This document shows, piece after piece, positions 52,163 to 63,663 of a DNA stretch of 64,000 bases (positions within the stretch are counted from its first letter, which is position 1; every line of letters begins with the position of its first letter). The stretch covers positions 1,792,001 through 1,856,000 of the forward strand of contig CAVUVW010000013.1 of NCBI GenBank assembly GCA_963745035.1, read 5' to 3'. This DNA is from an uncultured delta proteobacterium (lineage in GTDB: Bacteria > Desulfobacterota > Binatia > UBA9968). The position numbers were made by a program, and so were the translations under genes. The notes beneath the pieces were generated by a model, which searched no databases, had not been told where the DNA came from, and saw only the letters and a program-made list of their open reading frames with translations.

Positions 52163-54628
52163 CTACTGCGGCAGAATTTCGCTGGCAGGTACTTCGTCAA
52201 CTTTATCGGGGAATCCCGGCCCCTCGTCCTTCGACTGCGCATCTACGCTCGCGTTCCGAAATAGACTGGTTGGATCCTCGATCGCCAAAGCCTTCCTCAA
52301 GACTTGGTCCATATGAGAAACCAACTCGATCTCAACGGTTTTGAGCACGGTGGAGGGAATCTCCTCGATATCCTTTTCGTTCTCCGCGGGAATGAGAACT
52401 TTTTTGATTCCCGCACGGTGCGCCGCTAGGACCTTTTCCTTGAGCCCGCCGATGGGGAGCACGTTGCCGCGCAAAGTAATTTCTCCGGTCATCGCGAGAT
52501 CATTGTACACCGGCATTTTCATCAACGCCGAAACCAGCGATGTCGCCATGGTAATTCCCGCCGAGGGGCCGTCTTTCGGAATGGCCCCTTCCGGCACGTG
52601 GATATGCACGTCGAGCTTCTGGTAAAAATCTCGCTCCAGGCCCAGTTCCGCGGCGCGCGAGCGCACATAGCTCATCGCCGCCTGAGCAGATTCCTGCATG
52701 ACATCGCCCAGCTTGCCGGTAATGATGAGTTGCCCCTTGCCGGGCATAATCGTCACCTCGGTCGCTAGCAACTCGCCCCCGAGCTCGGTCCATGCCAAGC
52801 CGGTAGTAACGCCGATTTTGACCTCGGCTTCCGCCTTGCCGTAGCGAAACTTGATCGGACCGAGATACTTGTGCAGGCTCTTCGATCCAACTTGTATGTG
52901 GGCGTTGCGATCTTTGCGCACCACCTCTACGGCCACCTTGCGACAGATCGCGGCGATCTCCCGCTCGAGATTCCGCACACCCGCTTCTTTGGTGTAGTGG
53001 CGGATAACGCCGAGAAGCGCGTTGTCGGTAAACACCACGTTATCGGTGGTCAACCCGTTGGACTCCTTCTGCTTCTCCATCAAATACTTCTTGGCGATAC
53101 TGAGTTTCTCCAGCTCCGTGTAACCGGCGATCCGAATGATCTCCATGCGGTCTTGCAGAGGACGGGGGATCCGGTCCAAGGTATTCGCCGTAGTAATGAA
53201 CATCACTTTGGAAAGATCATAATCGAGATCAAGATAATGATCGTTGAAGCTCGTGTTCTGCTCGGGATCGAGAACCTCCAACAGCGCGGAGGAAGGATCG
53301 CCGCGGAAATCTGTCGACATCTTGTCGATCTCGTCCATCAAAAATACCGGATTGCTGGAACCGGCTTTTTTCATGGACTGAACAATTTTGCCGGGTAAAG
53401 CCCCGATGTAGGTGCGCCGATGGCCGCGAATCTCGGCCTCATCGCGCACGCCGCCGAGCGAAACCCGGACGAATTTTCTGCCTGTCGCTCGCGCAATGGA
53501 ACGTCCCAGCGAGGTTTTGCCGACCCCCGGAGGCCCGACAAGGCAAAGAATCGGTCCTTTGATCTTACCCACCAGGCTCTGCACGGCGAGATATTCGAGG
53601 ATCCGCTCCTTCACTTTCTCGAGCCCGTAGTGATCTTCTTCGAGAACCCGCTCCGCCTCATTGATGTCGAGCTTGTCATCGGTGAACTCGTTCCAAGGCA
53701 GACTGAGAATCCAATCGATGTAATTTCGCACCACCGTCGCTTCCGCCGACATGGGCGACATCATTTTGAGCTTCTTAAGCTCCTTCTCGACCTTGTCCTT
53801 GGCTTCGGCGGACAGTTTTTTCTGTTTGAGCTTTTCTTCAATCTCCTGGATTTCGTTCTTGAACTCGTCCTTCTCGCCGAGCTCTTTCTGGATCGCACGC
53901 ATTTGCTCGTTGAGATAATACTCCTTCTGCGAGCGCTCCATCTGCTTTTTGACCCGCGAGCGAATGCGCCGTTCGACTTCGAGAATCTCGATTTCCGCGC
54001 GCATATGGCCCAGCACTTTTTCCAGGCGTTCCGATGCGTTGAAAGTTTCCAGCAGATTCTGTCGATCTTCCAGTTTAATGCCGAGATGGGCGACGATGGT
54101 ATCCGCCAGCCGTCCGGGATCGTCGATGGACGATACCGACATCACCATTTCCGGCGGAATTTTTTTCTTGAGCTTCACATAGTTTTCGAACGTCGTATGA
54201 ACTTCCCGCACGAGCGCCTCGACCTCGGTATTGCGCTCGACGACTTCCGGAGCCTCCTCAACGTCCACCAAGAAAAAATCGGGATTGGCGACAAAGCGCG
54301 CGACGCGCGCCCGCCTTTTGCCCTCGATTAAGACCTTCACCGTGCCGTCAGGAAGTTTGAGCATCTGTACGACCGATCCCAAGGTGCCGATCTTGTAAAT
54401 GTCCTCCTCGGTCGGATCATTCGTCTTCGCGTCTTTTTGCGATGAAAGAAAGATCAGACTTTGCTTCTGGGTCGCCTCCTCGAGTGCTTTGATCGAGCGC
54501 TGTCTTCCGACGAAGAGCGGCACCACCATATGAGGGAATACGATGATATCTCTCAACGGCAGCAGAGGAACCCGCACTGGACCCGCCCCCGGTTCTCGCT
54601 CGTCCTTTTTTTCGTTCCGAAATAGCAT
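52163..54628 (-). CDS. lon: Lon protease
   Basis: [17 protein letters not shown]. Confidence 0.98.
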   Translation of the reverse strand: MLFRNEKKDEREPGAGPVRVPLLPLRDIIVFPHMVVPLFVGRQRSIKALEEATQKQSLIFLSSQKDAKTNDPTEEDIYKIGTLGSVVQMLKLPDGTVKVLIEGKRRARVARFVANPDFFLVDVEEAPEVVERNTEVEALVREVHTTFENYVKLKKKIPPEMVMSVSSIDDPGRLADTIVAHLGIKLEDRQNLLETFNASERLEKVLGHMRAEIEILEVERRIRSRVKKQMERSQKEYYLNEQMRAIQKELGEKDEFKNEIQEIEEKLKQKKLSAEAKDKVEKELKKLKMMSPMSAEATVVRNYIDWILSLPWNEFTDDKLDINEAERVLEEDHYGLEKVKERILEYLAVQSLVGKIKGPILCLVGPPGVGKTSLGRSIARATGRKFVRVSLGGVRDEAEIRGHRRTYIGALPGKIVQSMKKAGSSNPVFLMDEIDKMSTDFRGDPSSALLEVLDPEQNTSFNDHYLDLDYDLSKVMFITTANTLDRIPRPLQDRMEIIRIAGYTELEKLSIAKKYLMEKQKESNGLTTDNVVFTDNALLGVIRHYTKEAGVRNLEREIAAICRKVAVEVVRKDRNAHIQVGSKSLHKYLGPIKFRYGKAEAEVKIGVTTGLAWTELGGELLATEVTIMPGKGQLIITGKLGDVMQESAQAAMSYVRSRAAELGLERDFYQKLDVHIHVPEGAIPKDGPSAGITMATSLVSALMKMPVYNDLAMTGEITLRGNVLPIGGLKEKVLAAHRAGIKKVLIPAENEKDIEEIPSTVLKTVEIELVSHMDQVLRKALAIEDPTSLFRNASVDAQSKDEGPGFPDKVDEVPASEILPQ

Positions 54629-54642
54629 AGGGAAATCCCCTC

Positions 54643-55896
54643 CTAAGCGCTCTCTGCAGCCTTGGTGTATACGACGATCGGAGGTTCATGTCTTTCTACC
54701 ACGTCCTCTGAAATCACCACTTCCTTAATATTGGGCTGAGAGGGCATGTCGTACATGATATCCAACATGATGTTTTCCATGATCGCGCGCAAGCCCCGCG
54801 CGCCTGACTTCCGTTTCATGGCATCGCGGGCGATTGCTCGCAGCGCCTCTTCGGTGAATTTCAGGTGCACGGATTCCATTTCAAACAGCTTCGAGTACTG
54901 CTTTGTCAAAGCGTTTTTCGGTTCTTTCAAAATACGCATCAAAGCCGATTCATCCAGCTCTTCCAAGGTCGCGATCACCGGTAACCGGCCGATAAATTCC
55001 GGAATAAGCCCGAACTTCAGCAAATCCTCGGTCTGTACGCCATGTAAAAGATCCGTGGGTCGCCGGCCGTCCTTGTCCTCGAGCTGGCCGCCAAACCCCA
55101 TGCGCTTGCGCCCGGTACGTTTGCGGATGATGTCGTCCAACCCGACAAACGCGCCGCCGCAAATAAAAAGAATATTGGTGGTGTCGACCTGGAGAAATTC
55201 CTGCTGCGGGTGCTTTCTCCCGCCTTTGGGCGGCACGCTCGCCATCGTGCCTTCGATAATTTTGAGCAGCGCCTGCTGCACGCCTTCTCCGGATACGTCT
55301 CGGGTGATCGAAGGATTGTCCGACTTGCGCGAGATCTTGTCGATCTCATCGATATAGACGATCCCGCGCTGAGCTTTTTCGACGTCGTAATCGGCCGCTT
55401 GGAGAAGATTCAGGATAATATTTTCGACGTCCTCCCCAACGTATCCTGCCTCCGTCAGGCTGGTTGCGTCGGCGATGGTGAACGGTACTTGAAGAAATCG
55501 CGCCAGGGTCTGCGCCAAAAGCGTCTTTCCCGAGCCGGTCGGTCCGAGAAGCAGAATATTGCTCTTTTGCAGCTCGACTTCGCCCGTCACCAGCTGGCTG
55601 TCGATGCGCTTGTAATGATTATGCACGGCGACGGCGAGAATCTTTTTGGCGCGTTCCTGGCCGATGACGTACTGATCGAGCACGCGCTTGATCTCCATCG
55701 GCTTGGGAACGTTCGACGATGAGCTGATGGTTTCGTCGTGATCGCACTCCTCGGCGATAATGTCGTTGCAGAGATCGATGCATTCATCGCAAATGTAAAC
55801 GGTCGGACCCGCGATCAGCTTACGAACCTCGTCCTGGCTCTTGCCACAGAAAGAGCACACGAGATTTCCCGATCCGTGTTCACCGTGTTTTGCCAT
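54643..55896 (-). CDS. clpX: ATP-dependent Clp protease ATP-binding subunit ClpX
   Basis: CSFCGK zinc finger, GPTGSGKT; start at MAKHG. Confidence 0.98.
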   Translation of the reverse strand: MAKHGEHGSGNLVCSFCGKSQDEVRKLIAGPTVYICDECIDLCNDIIAEECDHDETISSSSNVPKPMEIKRVLDQYVIGQERAKKILAVAVHNHYKRIDSQLVTGEVELQKSNILLLGPTGSGKTLLAQTLARFLQVPFTIADATSLTEAGYVGEDVENIILNLLQAADYDVEKAQRGIVYIDEIDKISRKSDNPSITRDVSGEGVQQALLKIIEGTMASVPPKGGRKHPQQEFLQVDTTNILFICGGAFVGLDDIIRKRTGRKRMGFGGQLEDKDGRRPTDLLHGVQTEDLLKFGLIPEFIGRLPVIATLEELDESALMRILKEPKNALTKQYSKLFEMESVHLKFTEEALRAIARDAMKRKSGARGLRAIMENIMLDIMYDMPSQPNIKEVVISEDVVERHEPPIVVYTKAAESA

Positions 55897-55916
55897 AGTA
55901 CCCCCGGTTCGACGAA

Positions 55917-56524
55917 CTACGCCTTCCTGACAGTGGAATCGGGTCGGGCTGCGATCACCTCGTCGACCAAACCGTATTCCTGGGCTTGCTTCCCGGTCAT
56001 GAACATGTCGCGGTCCGTATCTTTCTCGATCTTCTTTGAGGCTCTGTCCGGTGTGCCTCATGAGAATATTGTTCAATTCTTCGCGCATGCGCAATATCTC
56101 GCGCGCTTGAATATCGATATCGGCGGCGGGCCCTTGGAAACCGCCGAGCGGCTGGTGAATCATAATGCGCGAATGCGGCAGGGCAATATCGTTTTCCCTT
56201 GCTTCCGGCCGCCAGGAGCACCGCGCCCATGCTCGCCGCCTGCCCGACGCACACCGTGGAAATCTGCGGGCGGATATACTGCATGGTGTCATAGATGGCT
56301 AAACCCGCGGTGACCGAGCCGCCCGGACTATTGATGTAAAAGAAAATATCGCGCTCGGGGTCTTCGGATTCGAGAAAGAGGAGCTGCGCGGCGATGAGAT
56401 TGGCGACTTCGTCGGTTACGACGGAGCCCAAAAAGACTATGCGATCCTTTAGGAGACGCGAGAAAATGTCATAGGCTCGCTCACCACGCCCGGTTTGTTC
56501 GACAACGATGGGGATAAAATTCAT
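55917..56524 (-). CDS. clpP: ClpP proteolytic subunit; two single-base insertions (~56183, ~56037)
   Basis: YINSPGG, AASMG / [11 protein letters not shown] / DTDRD in three frames; 608 nt minus 2 equals 202 codons. Confidence 0.93.
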
Positions 56525-56557
56525 ATGGGAGCAAACCCCTCGATCACGAAAAGCATT

Positions 56558-57874
56558 CTAGCTTTTTTCGGCCTCTTCATCAACCTGAGAAATCGGCAAA
56601 TCGACTTCCTTGATGTGCGCCCGTTCGAGCAAAAACTCGACCGCGCGATCGAACGCCAATTGTGCGTGCAACTCGTCGCGTGCGTCCGGCCGCGCGTAGA
56701 ATTCGCGAAGCGCTTTGCCCCGCTCCGAGGCGGCCCGCGCCAAGGCATCGACCCGCTCCTGAACCTCTTTCTCGCCGATCTCGATCTTTTCAAGCTGGGC
56801 GATTTTTTCCACCAGGAGCGTCGCCTGCACTTGCCGCGTGGCGCGCGCTTCGAGAGTCTTTTTCGCCTCCTCGACCGGCGGCGCCGCTTCGCCGGCTTGC
56901 GCCGCGATTTGACGCTGATAGCGCTCCATCAGATAGCGTGTCTGGCGCTCGACCATGGACGGCGGCACCGTGAACGGATGCGCCTCGATCAAGCGGCTGA
57001 TGATTTTTTCCTTAAGCTCCTCGTCTTGATAGCGCTTGAGCTCGTCCGTGAGACGGCCGCGCAGGCGTTCTCTCAATTCATCGAGCGAAGCGCACTCGCC
57101 GTGATCTTTGGCGAATTCGTCGTCGAGCGTCGGTAAAACTTTTTGCTTGAGTTCTCGCGCCGTCAGCGAGAAATCGACGGCTTTGTCGGCGATCTCTTTG
57201 TTTGGATAATTCTCCGGGTAACGCACTTGCGCGCTCTGCGGCTCGTTGATTTTGAGCCCCACCACCGCCTCCTCGAACTGCGGCAGCGTGTGTCCGGCGC
57301 CGACCTCGAGAGTGTAATTCTCTCCCTTGCCCCCAGCGAAGGGTTTGCCGTCCACCGCGCCATCGAAATCGAGGGTGACGAAATCACCGCGCTGCACGAC
57401 GTCGCGCTCGGTTACGGGCTCCAGCCGCGCGTGGCTTTCTTGGAGACGCCGTAGCGCGTCCTCTACTTGCGCATCGCTGATCGAGAGTTTCGCCTTCTCT
57501 ACTTCGATACCGAGATAATCATGAACAGCGATTTCCGGCTTGACTTCAAACACTGCCGAAAAAGTAAAGCCGCCGCTTTCGGACAGATCGTCGGCCTCGA
57601 CTTCGGGGCGCGAAACGATCTGCAGGCCGCGCTCCCGGATAATCTCTCCGAGCGATTCTTCCACCAGGTGCGATCGCACTTCGCCTTTCACTTCGTCGCC
57701 GTAAATGCCCTGCAACACGCTGCGCGGGATTTTGCCGGTGCGAAACCCCTTGACGCGAACGCGCCGACCGAGACTGCTGTAAACGCGGGAAAATTCGCCG
57801 GCGACAGTTTCCACCGGAAGCTCCACGCGAACTTTCCGCTGCACTGAGCTCAGCTCATCGATGTCAATTTTCAT
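56558..57874 (-). CDS. tig: Trigger factor
   Basis: GFRTGKIP, FKBP domain, upstream of clpP. Confidence 0.96.
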   Translation of the reverse strand: MKIDIDELSSVQRKVRVELPVETVAGEFSRVYSSLGRRVRVKGFRTGKIPRSVLQGIYGDEVKGEVRSHLVEESLGEIIRERGLQIVSRPEVEADDLSESGGFTFSAVFEVKPEIAVHDYLGIEVEKAKLSISDAQVEDALRRLQESHARLEPVTERDVVQRGDFVTLDFDGAVDGKPFAGGKGENYTLEVGAGHTLPQFEEAVVGLKINEPQSAQVRYPENYPNKEIADKAVDFSLTARELKQKVLPTLDDEFAKDHGECASLDELRERLRGRLTDELKRYQDEELKEKIISRLIEAHPFTVPPSMVERQTRYLMERYQRQIAAQAGEAAPPVEEAKKTLEARATRQVQATLLVEKIAQLEKIEIGEKEVQERVDALARAASERGKALREFYARPDARDELHAQLAFDRAVEFLLERAHIKEVDLPISQVDEEAEKS

Positions 57875-57974
57875 GTTCTCTGTCCCGCGCATCCTTCATC
57901 ATTCATCATTTGTTGCATCATTTGTAGAGAGATCAAGCGCGTTGTGCACTTGTAGTAAACCCCGACTCAGGCGT

Positions 57975-58057
57975 TGGTGCGAGAGGGGGGACTCGAACCC
58001 CCACGGTTGCCCGCTAGATCCTAAGTCTAGTGCGTCTGCCAGTTCCGCCACTCTCGC
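57975..58057 (-). tRNA. tRNA-Leu(TAG)
   Basis: Anticodon arm CTAGA-CTTAGGA-TCTAG; variable arm present. Confidence 0.93.
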
Positions 58058-58101
58058 GCCGTCCGCTCACGCAATAAATATCGATATTTCAATCGACCTG
58101 C

Positions 58102-58130
58102 AGAGTAAAAATTACCCGCAGGCATGTCAA
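58102..58130 (-). promoter_or_regulatory. Sigma70 promoter for tRNA-Leu-tig
   Basis: TTGACA-N17-TACTCT. Confidence 0.5.
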
Positions 58131-58427
58131 GCGTTGTCGGGCGAAATCGACCCACCGTGCTGATCCCCGGCACTCCGGCGTGACATTCGCCTGACGACAC
58201 GCCGCTTAATGATCGTCGAGCGTGTTCCGATCGATGAAGCTCAGTGTGGCGGATCGTTCGACGAATCTCTTTTAGGTTACGCTTCAAGCTCAGAGGACAT
58301 AAGTGTGAGACAACGGCCTACCGACGAACTACAGCAAGCATTTTGAGGTGTTCATGCGCGAGCTTCTTCGCGGCTCGCGCAGTCGCCGAGCGCGAGCGAT
58401 TCATTGGCGTTGGTCGATACTTTGCCG

Positions 58428-58736
58428 CTAAACCGCGCTGCATTCGCGGCAGGGACAGAGGGCGCGCAAATAGTCGAACGTGTAAATGCCCGTGCTGTGG
58501 CCGTCGTGCCAATGCATTTCGACGGCGTAGTTGCCGACCGCGCATATTTCCAGCAATTTCGCGTCTGGCGCCGCGTTGAATCGCCGCTGCGCGCCATGGC
58601 CCTGACATAGAGCGCAGGGGCAGTAGCCGCGCAGGTAGGTCTCGTCGTATTCGCCCACGTGTCCGTCGTCCCAGGTGACGCGCACGACGCCGCGTGACTT
58701 AATATGGTTGATTTCAGTCGGATAAGAATTGGCCAT
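58428..58736 (-). CDS. DUF971 / GBBH-like N-terminal domain protein
   Basis: WDDGH, LRGYCPCALCQG, VGNYA, DGHSTGIY, CPC motifs. Confidence 0.85.
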   Translation of the reverse strand: MANSYPTEINHIKSRGVVRVTWDDGHVGEYDETYLRGYCPCALCQGHGAQRRFNAAPDAKLLEICAVGNYAVEMHWHDGHSTGIYTFDYLRALCPCRECSAV

Positions 58737-58756
58737 CGTCATTGATGCAAATGCAA

Positions 58757-59263
58757 TCAGCCATCGCGAATGGCCGAGATAAAGCCGATTTTCGCACGGT
58801 TGATCAGAAACGTACGCGAGCCAATTTCCTCCCGCCCAACGAGCGTTGCTTCAGTGATTGGCAGAAACCGGCTCTGTTCCATCAGGATTTCGTCGAGTCC
58901 GCTGCCGGGGCGCAAATGCGCGATGCCCTGCAGAAGATAGGGACCGACGGCAAGAAATGCTTTGTTTTGATCCTTCTTTACGAACGCCGCACGCAAACCG
59001 GCGCTCCGATTCTCCGCGGTCAAATCGGCAATCAAAAAAACTTCCTGCATATAGATGAGGTATTCGTCGGCGGCCGTTTTTATCGCCGAGCCGCCGGCGG
59101 CTTCGACCGTCGCTTCCGTCAAAGAAAACACTTCGTCACCTTGCCGGATCATCAGATAGTTGCTCAATCGTTCCTGACTGGTCTGGAGAACGCCGCGCAC
59201 CACCGCCGCCTGAAGATAAACCTCCAGGTGCATCGTGTAAGTAAAGCGCGTATCCGCGGCCAT
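58757..59263 (-). CDS. Conserved hypothetical protein
   Basis: Clean 168-aa ORF with RBS, operonic with the DUF971 gene; RLSNYL and FLPITEA motifs. Confidence 0.65.
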   Translation of the reverse strand: MAADTRFTYTMHLEVYLQAAVVRGVLQTSQERLSNYLMIRQGDEVFSLTEATVEAAGGSAIKTAADEYLIYMQEVFLIADLTAENRSAGLRAAFVKKDQNKAFLAVGPYLLQGIAHLRPGSGLDEILMEQSRFLPITEATLVGREEIGSRTFLINRAKIGFISAIRDG

Positions 59264-59298
59264 GCGTTATGCTCGGCTCCCTTGCTGTTCGGATTATC

Positions 59299-60066
59299 TC
59301 ACCCAAAGTTGGGCTTAACAACATGAAAGCGGCGCCCAACGCCCGCGCGCGTAATCACGGAGAGGGAAAAAAGCTTCTGGCGATCAACGACGCAGGACTG
59401 CGCCACCAATCCCGCGACCTGGGCGAAACCGGGGATGGCGGCGACGACCGAGTTTGCCAGGATCCGCGCAAGTACCGGCTCCATGACTTCGCCCAGCTCC
59501 AAGTCTTCGACGTTCTGTGCCACAAATGCCGCGGCAGCGACATTGCCGTAGAGCGACAGCAAATCGGTGAGAGCGGGACGCTGCCAATAAAAATGAGCGA
59601 TCAGCCAGCAGGCGGCATTGGTTCACCACAACCATCAGGCCATCGAGGCGGCCGGACTGCAAACAGCCGTGCTGACAAAAACGATGGTCGCCGCTTCTAC
59701 CGTCCGCTGGCGTGCGAGTTGACCAAGCTCCGCCAGGGCGCGGTCGACTGTCTCAGCGGTGACCTGGCGGTGGCTCAAGTTTTTATTCCCGCACAGCCGC
59801 CGCGCCAGCTTTTCCAAATAGGTCTTTTGTGCGTGTGCGTCTTCGGCGGAGGGAGGCGCAAGTCCCCTCGGCAATCGCAGAACGGTAACGATCGGGACGA
59901 GGATGCACAGCGCGTAGAGAGCGAGTAGAAACCAAAGCAGCGCCCGCCTCGCCTGTGGGTTCATCGTGCTCACAAGCGCCACCACTTCCCGCGTCTCGCG
60001 CGCGATGATGAGCGCGACCGCCACGATAAAGAGAATCGAGATGGGGATGAGAACGCGCTTGACCAC
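59299..60066 (-). pseudogene. YcjF/DUF697-like membrane protein, multiply frameshifted and C-terminally degraded
   Basis: VFVSTAV / QSGRLDGLMV / IAHFYWQRP..LLSLYGNVAAAAFVAQNVEDL across three frames. Confidence 0.6.
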
Positions 60067-60275
60067 GATGGATTGAGGATATTTTAACTTTGTCGGCAGC
60101 GGCAACGCGCCGTGCCGGCTTGGTGGATGGGTCTCGCCCACAGCTCCCGTGTGAGCTGTCGTTTGTCGGCGCGCAGTGGTACGTCGATAACCCGTTTGCT
60201 CTAATTCGAACGCCTATCCAAGGCGGATTAATCAACGCCAGAGATCTTAACAGGCAGCGCCTAGAGCGGAAAAAA

Positions 60276-60351
<76 letters not shown>

Positions 60352-60366
60352 ATGCGCCGGATAAAA

Positions 60367-60428
60367 CCGAGGATGGAAGATGAGAGGATCGGGGTCGCGA
60401 TCTTCCATCGTCTATCCTCGATCCTCGG
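60367..60428. repeat. Inverted heptamer arrays (GAGGATG-type / ATCCTCG-type) in the tRNA-His/Lys spacer
   Basis: ccgaggatggaagatgagaggatcg ... cgatcttccatcgtctatcctcgatcctcgg. Confidence 0.7.
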
Positions 60429-60437
60429 ATTTTTCAA

Positions 60438-60514
60438 TGGGGTGAGTGAAGGGATTTGAACCCTCAACCCCTGGAGCCACAGTCCAGTGCTCTAACCGTT
60501 GAGCTACACTCACC
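60438..60514 (-). tRNA. tRNA-His(GTG)
   Basis: Anticodon GTG; encoded G-1 and C discriminator. Confidence 0.95.
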
Positions 60515-60534
60515 GCAAATTTCAAGGCCAAGCT

Positions 60535-60611
60535 TGGCGCGCCAGAAGGGATTCGAACCCCTGACCTACGGCTTAGAAGGCCGTTGCTCTATCCAGCTGA
60601 GCTACTGGCGC
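60535..60611 (-). tRNA. tRNA-Arg(TCT)
   Basis: Cloverleaf, anticodon TCT. Confidence 0.95.
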
Positions 60612-60623
60612 CCAATGGAGCAA

Positions 60624-60700
60624 CGAGTGCCGAGAATCGAGAGGAAATTTCATCCCTGCTTGAAATGACCCGGCACTCGCAACTCATCACTCGGCACTCG
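60624..60700. repeat. Inverted heptamer arrays (CGAGTGC / GCACTCG) in the tRNA-Pro/Arg spacer
   Basis: 11-bp perfect inverted repeat 60624-60634 vs 60690-60700, plus cggcactcgcaactcatcact. Confidence 0.65.
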
Positions 60701-60704
60701 CGGA

Positions 60705-60781
60705 TGGTCGGGGCGAGAAGATTTGAACTTCCGACCCCCTGCGCCCAAGGCAGGTGCGCTACCAGGCTGCGCTACGCCCCG
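60705..60781 (-). tRNA. tRNA-Pro(TGG)
   Basis: Cloverleaf, anticodon TGG. Confidence 0.95.
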
Positions 60782-60820
60782 TCAAACGACCGAGTCATTC
60801 TACATGCGAAGCGGATGAAA

Positions 60821-61441
60821 TCAAGGTTTTACGGGCAAATCAATGAGCGCCGGAAGCGCGGCCACGAGCTTGGCAAGCGCCTTGCCGCGATGACTCACGG
60901 TCGCCTTCACATCGCGCTCGATTTCACCGAAGGTCTTGCCGAACGGCGGAAAGAAAAACAGCGGATCGTAGCCGAAGCCTTGGCTGCCCTGCAACGCCAA
61001 GGCGATTCGCCCCTCGCAGGATTCGCGCGCAGTCCATTCCTTGACCCCGTCAATTCTCGGCGCGCAGAGCGCCAGCGCGCAGACAAAGCGCGCAGACCGT
61101 TTGGCTTCCGGGACGCTCGCCAACTCGCGCAGCAGCTTCCGGTTGTTGCGATCGTCGTCCGCCTCCGCCCCGGCGTAGCGCGCGGAGTAGATTCCCGGCG
61201 CGCCGCCCAGAGCGTCCACTTCCAAGCCGGAATCATCCGCCAAGGTAGCCACGCCGGAAAACTGCGCCAGCGTGCGCGCCTTCTTGAGCGCGTTTGCCTC
61301 GAATGTCTCGCCGTCTTCGACGACCGCAGGTGGTTGCGCGATGCTCTGCAGAGAGCGAATGCGCAAGGGAAGATCCCGGAGATGCGCCTGCACCTCGGCA
61401 AATTTCCCCGGATTGGTCGTTGCTACCAGAAGATCGATCAC
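60821..61441 (-). CDS. rdgB: Non-canonical purine NTP pyrophosphatase (RdgB/HAM1)
   Basis: ATTNPGK, ADDSGL, GFGYDPLF, SHRGKA. Confidence 0.95.
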   Translation of the reverse strand: MIDLLVATTNPGKFAEVQAHLRDLPLRIRSLQSIAQPPAVVEDGETFEANALKKARTLAQFSGVATLADDSGLEVDALGGAPGIYSARYAGAEADDDRNNRKLLRELASVPEAKRSARFVCALALCAPRIDGVKEWTARESCEGRIALALQGSQGFGYDPLFFFPPFGKTFGEIERDVKATVSHRGKALAKLVAALPALIDLPVKP

Positions 61442-61450
61442 ACCAGAATG

Positions 61451-62170
61451 CTAGAGGGCGGCGATCACTTTTTTCTGCGCTTTGAGCAGTTCTCTGATGC
61501 CCTGCTGGGCGATTTCGGCCATGCGCTCCATTTGTTTCTTGGTAAACGGCGCGCTTTCGGCGGTGCCTTGGACTTCGATGAACTTGCCCGATCCGGTCAT
61601 GACGAAATTCATATCGACATCGGCCTTGCTGTCTTCGGCGTAGCAAAGGTCCAAAAGAATTTTTCCCTCGATCATGCCGATGCTCACCGCCGCCACCGAG
61701 TCTTTCACCGGAGCGGCGCTGACAAGGCCGCGTTCGCGCCACTTGTGCGCGGCCTGCGCGAGCGCGATGTAGGCGCCGGTGATCGACGCCGTGCGCGTGC
61801 CGCCGTCGGCCTGAATGACGTCGCAATCGATCCACGCCGTGCGTTCGCCCAGGCTTTTCAAGTCGGCGATCGCGCGCAGGCTGCGGCCGATCAATCGCTG
61901 GATCTCGTGGGTGCGCCCGCCGACTTTGCCGCGCGACGATTCGCGGCCGATGCGCTGCTCGGAAGAGCCGGGCAGCATGCCGTACTCGGCGGTAATCCAG
62001 CCTTTGCCGCTGTTGCGTAAAAACGGTGGCACGCGCTCCTCGAGCTTCGCCGTGCAGATCACTTTGGTGTCGCCCATTTCAATCAAGACCGATCCGTCGG
62101 CGGTTTTGATATAGCTTGGCGTGATCGTCAGCGGGCGCAGCTCTGTCGGTTTTCGTCCGTCCGTCCTCAT
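61451..62170 (-). CDS. rph: Ribonuclease PH
   Basis: [28 protein letters not shown]. Confidence 0.97.
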   Translation of the reverse strand: MRTDGRKPTELRPLTITPSYIKTADGSVLIEMGDTKVICTAKLEERVPPFLRNSGKGWITAEYGMLPGSSEQRIGRESSRGKVGGRTHEIQRLIGRSLRAIADLKSLGERTAWIDCDVIQADGGTRTASITGAYIALAQAAHKWRERGLVSAAPVKDSVAAVSIGMIEGKILLDLCYAEDSKADVDMNFVMTGSGKFIEVQGTAESAPFTKKQMERMAEIAQQGIRELLKAQKKVIAAL

Positions 62171-62242
62171 GCGCTTAATCGTGGAAAATGCCAATCCCGT
62201 CGTTCTTTCTGCCGCGTCCTGCCTCACGCCGCGCTTCCTGAT

Positions 62243-63663
62243 CTAGCTATTCAGATGAAACACCACCATTTTCAATTCCGTCATCTCCTCGACGGCATAC
62301 TTCGGTCCCTCTTTGCCGAAGCCCGAGTCTTTCAAACCGCCGTAGGGCATCAGATCGACGCGCCACTGCGAGCCCCAGTTGACGTGCAGATTGCCGGCTT
62401 CCGCTTCGCGGGCGAACTTCATCGCCCATTCGACGTTTTCCGTAAAGATGCCGGCGGCCAAACCGTAAACGCTGTCGTTTGCCAACGCGATCGCCTCTTC
62501 GATGGTATTCGAACGGTGTTACCGCGACCGCCGGCCCGAACAACTCGTCGCGCGAGATGCGCATGTCGGGATGCACGTCGGCGACGACCGCCGGCATATA
62601 GATGGCGCCTCGTCTGCCGCCTCCCGCGACCAAACGCGCGCCGCCGCCGACCGCTTCGTTGACCCAGTCATCGACCCGCGCCGCCTCGCTCTCTTTGACC
62701 ATCGGGCCGACTTTGGATTTTTCGTCCAGTTGATTGCCGGTCGCAAGCCCTTCGACTCTAGGCTTCAGCGCGCCGAGGAAATCGCCGTAAATCTTTTTCG
62801 CCGTCAGCACCCGCTGCGTCGAGATGCAAGTCTGGCCGGCATTGCCGTAACCGGTCATCGCAATCACCGCGGACACTTTTTCGAGGTCCGCATCAGGCAT
62901 GACGATCACCGGACTGTTCGAACCGAGCTCCATGGTGACTTTTTTTATGCCGGCGGTGCGGCAGATCCGATCGCCGACCTCGCGGCTGCCCGTAAACGTC
63001 ACTTTGCGCACCCGGCGATCGGCGACCAGAGCATCGCCGATCTCGCCGCCCGATCCGGTAAGGCACTGAATGCCCTCCGGCGGCAAGCCCGACTCCAATA
63101 GTATTTCCGTGAGCTTGATGGCTGACAATGGTGTATCTGACGCGGGTTTAACGATGACCGTATTCCCTGCGGCAAGCGCCGGCCCGACCTTGTGGCAGAC
63201 TAAATTGAGCGGAAAGTTGAACGGCGCGATCGCCGCCACGACGCCGCACGGGACACGCAACGTAAATCCGAGCTTCTTGCCGCCGGTCGGATCGGCGTCG
63301 AGCGGCACCGTCTCGCCGTGAATCCGTTTGGCCTCTTCGGCCGAGCCCATCATGGTTTCCACCGCGCGGCTCGCTTCGCCCCGTCCTTCGGCGATGATCT
63401 TTCCCTCTTCCTGGGAAATCGTTTGTCCCAACTCCTCGTTGCGCGTCGCCATGCAAATCGGCCGCTTTGCGCAAAATCTTCCAGCGCTCGTAAGCCGAGA
63501 GTTTCGCCATGACCTTGGCGCCGCGCTCGGCAAAGGCGAGAGCTTTCTCCAGATCGCCGGAGTCTGCCTTGGGAACAGTGTCGATGACGGAATGATCGAA
63601 TGGATTTCTCACCTCGATTTTCTTCGCTTTATCGACCCACTCGCCGGCAATAAAGTTCTTCAC
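62243..63663 (-). CDS. Aldehyde dehydrogenase family protein; two frameshifts (~63455, ~62510)
   Basis: PFNFP, FTGS, ELGSNSP, GQTC, ELFGP, PYGGLKDSG spread over three ORFs. Confidence 0.9.

Noticed and set aside
55917-56524. Programmed frameshifting or true pseudogenisation of clpP
   Set aside because: No slippery heptamer or stimulator seen; matches the window-wide homopolymer indel pattern.
57975-58057. tRNA with TAG in the anticodon loop as an amber suppressor for rplP
   Set aside because: Anticodon TAG reads Leu CUA codons; a suppressor would need anticodon CTA.
58131-58427. Possible ncRNA upstream of tRNA-Leu, and in 12442-12680
   Set aside because: No recognisable family motif or convincing structure by eye; an Rfam/Infernal scan would be needed.
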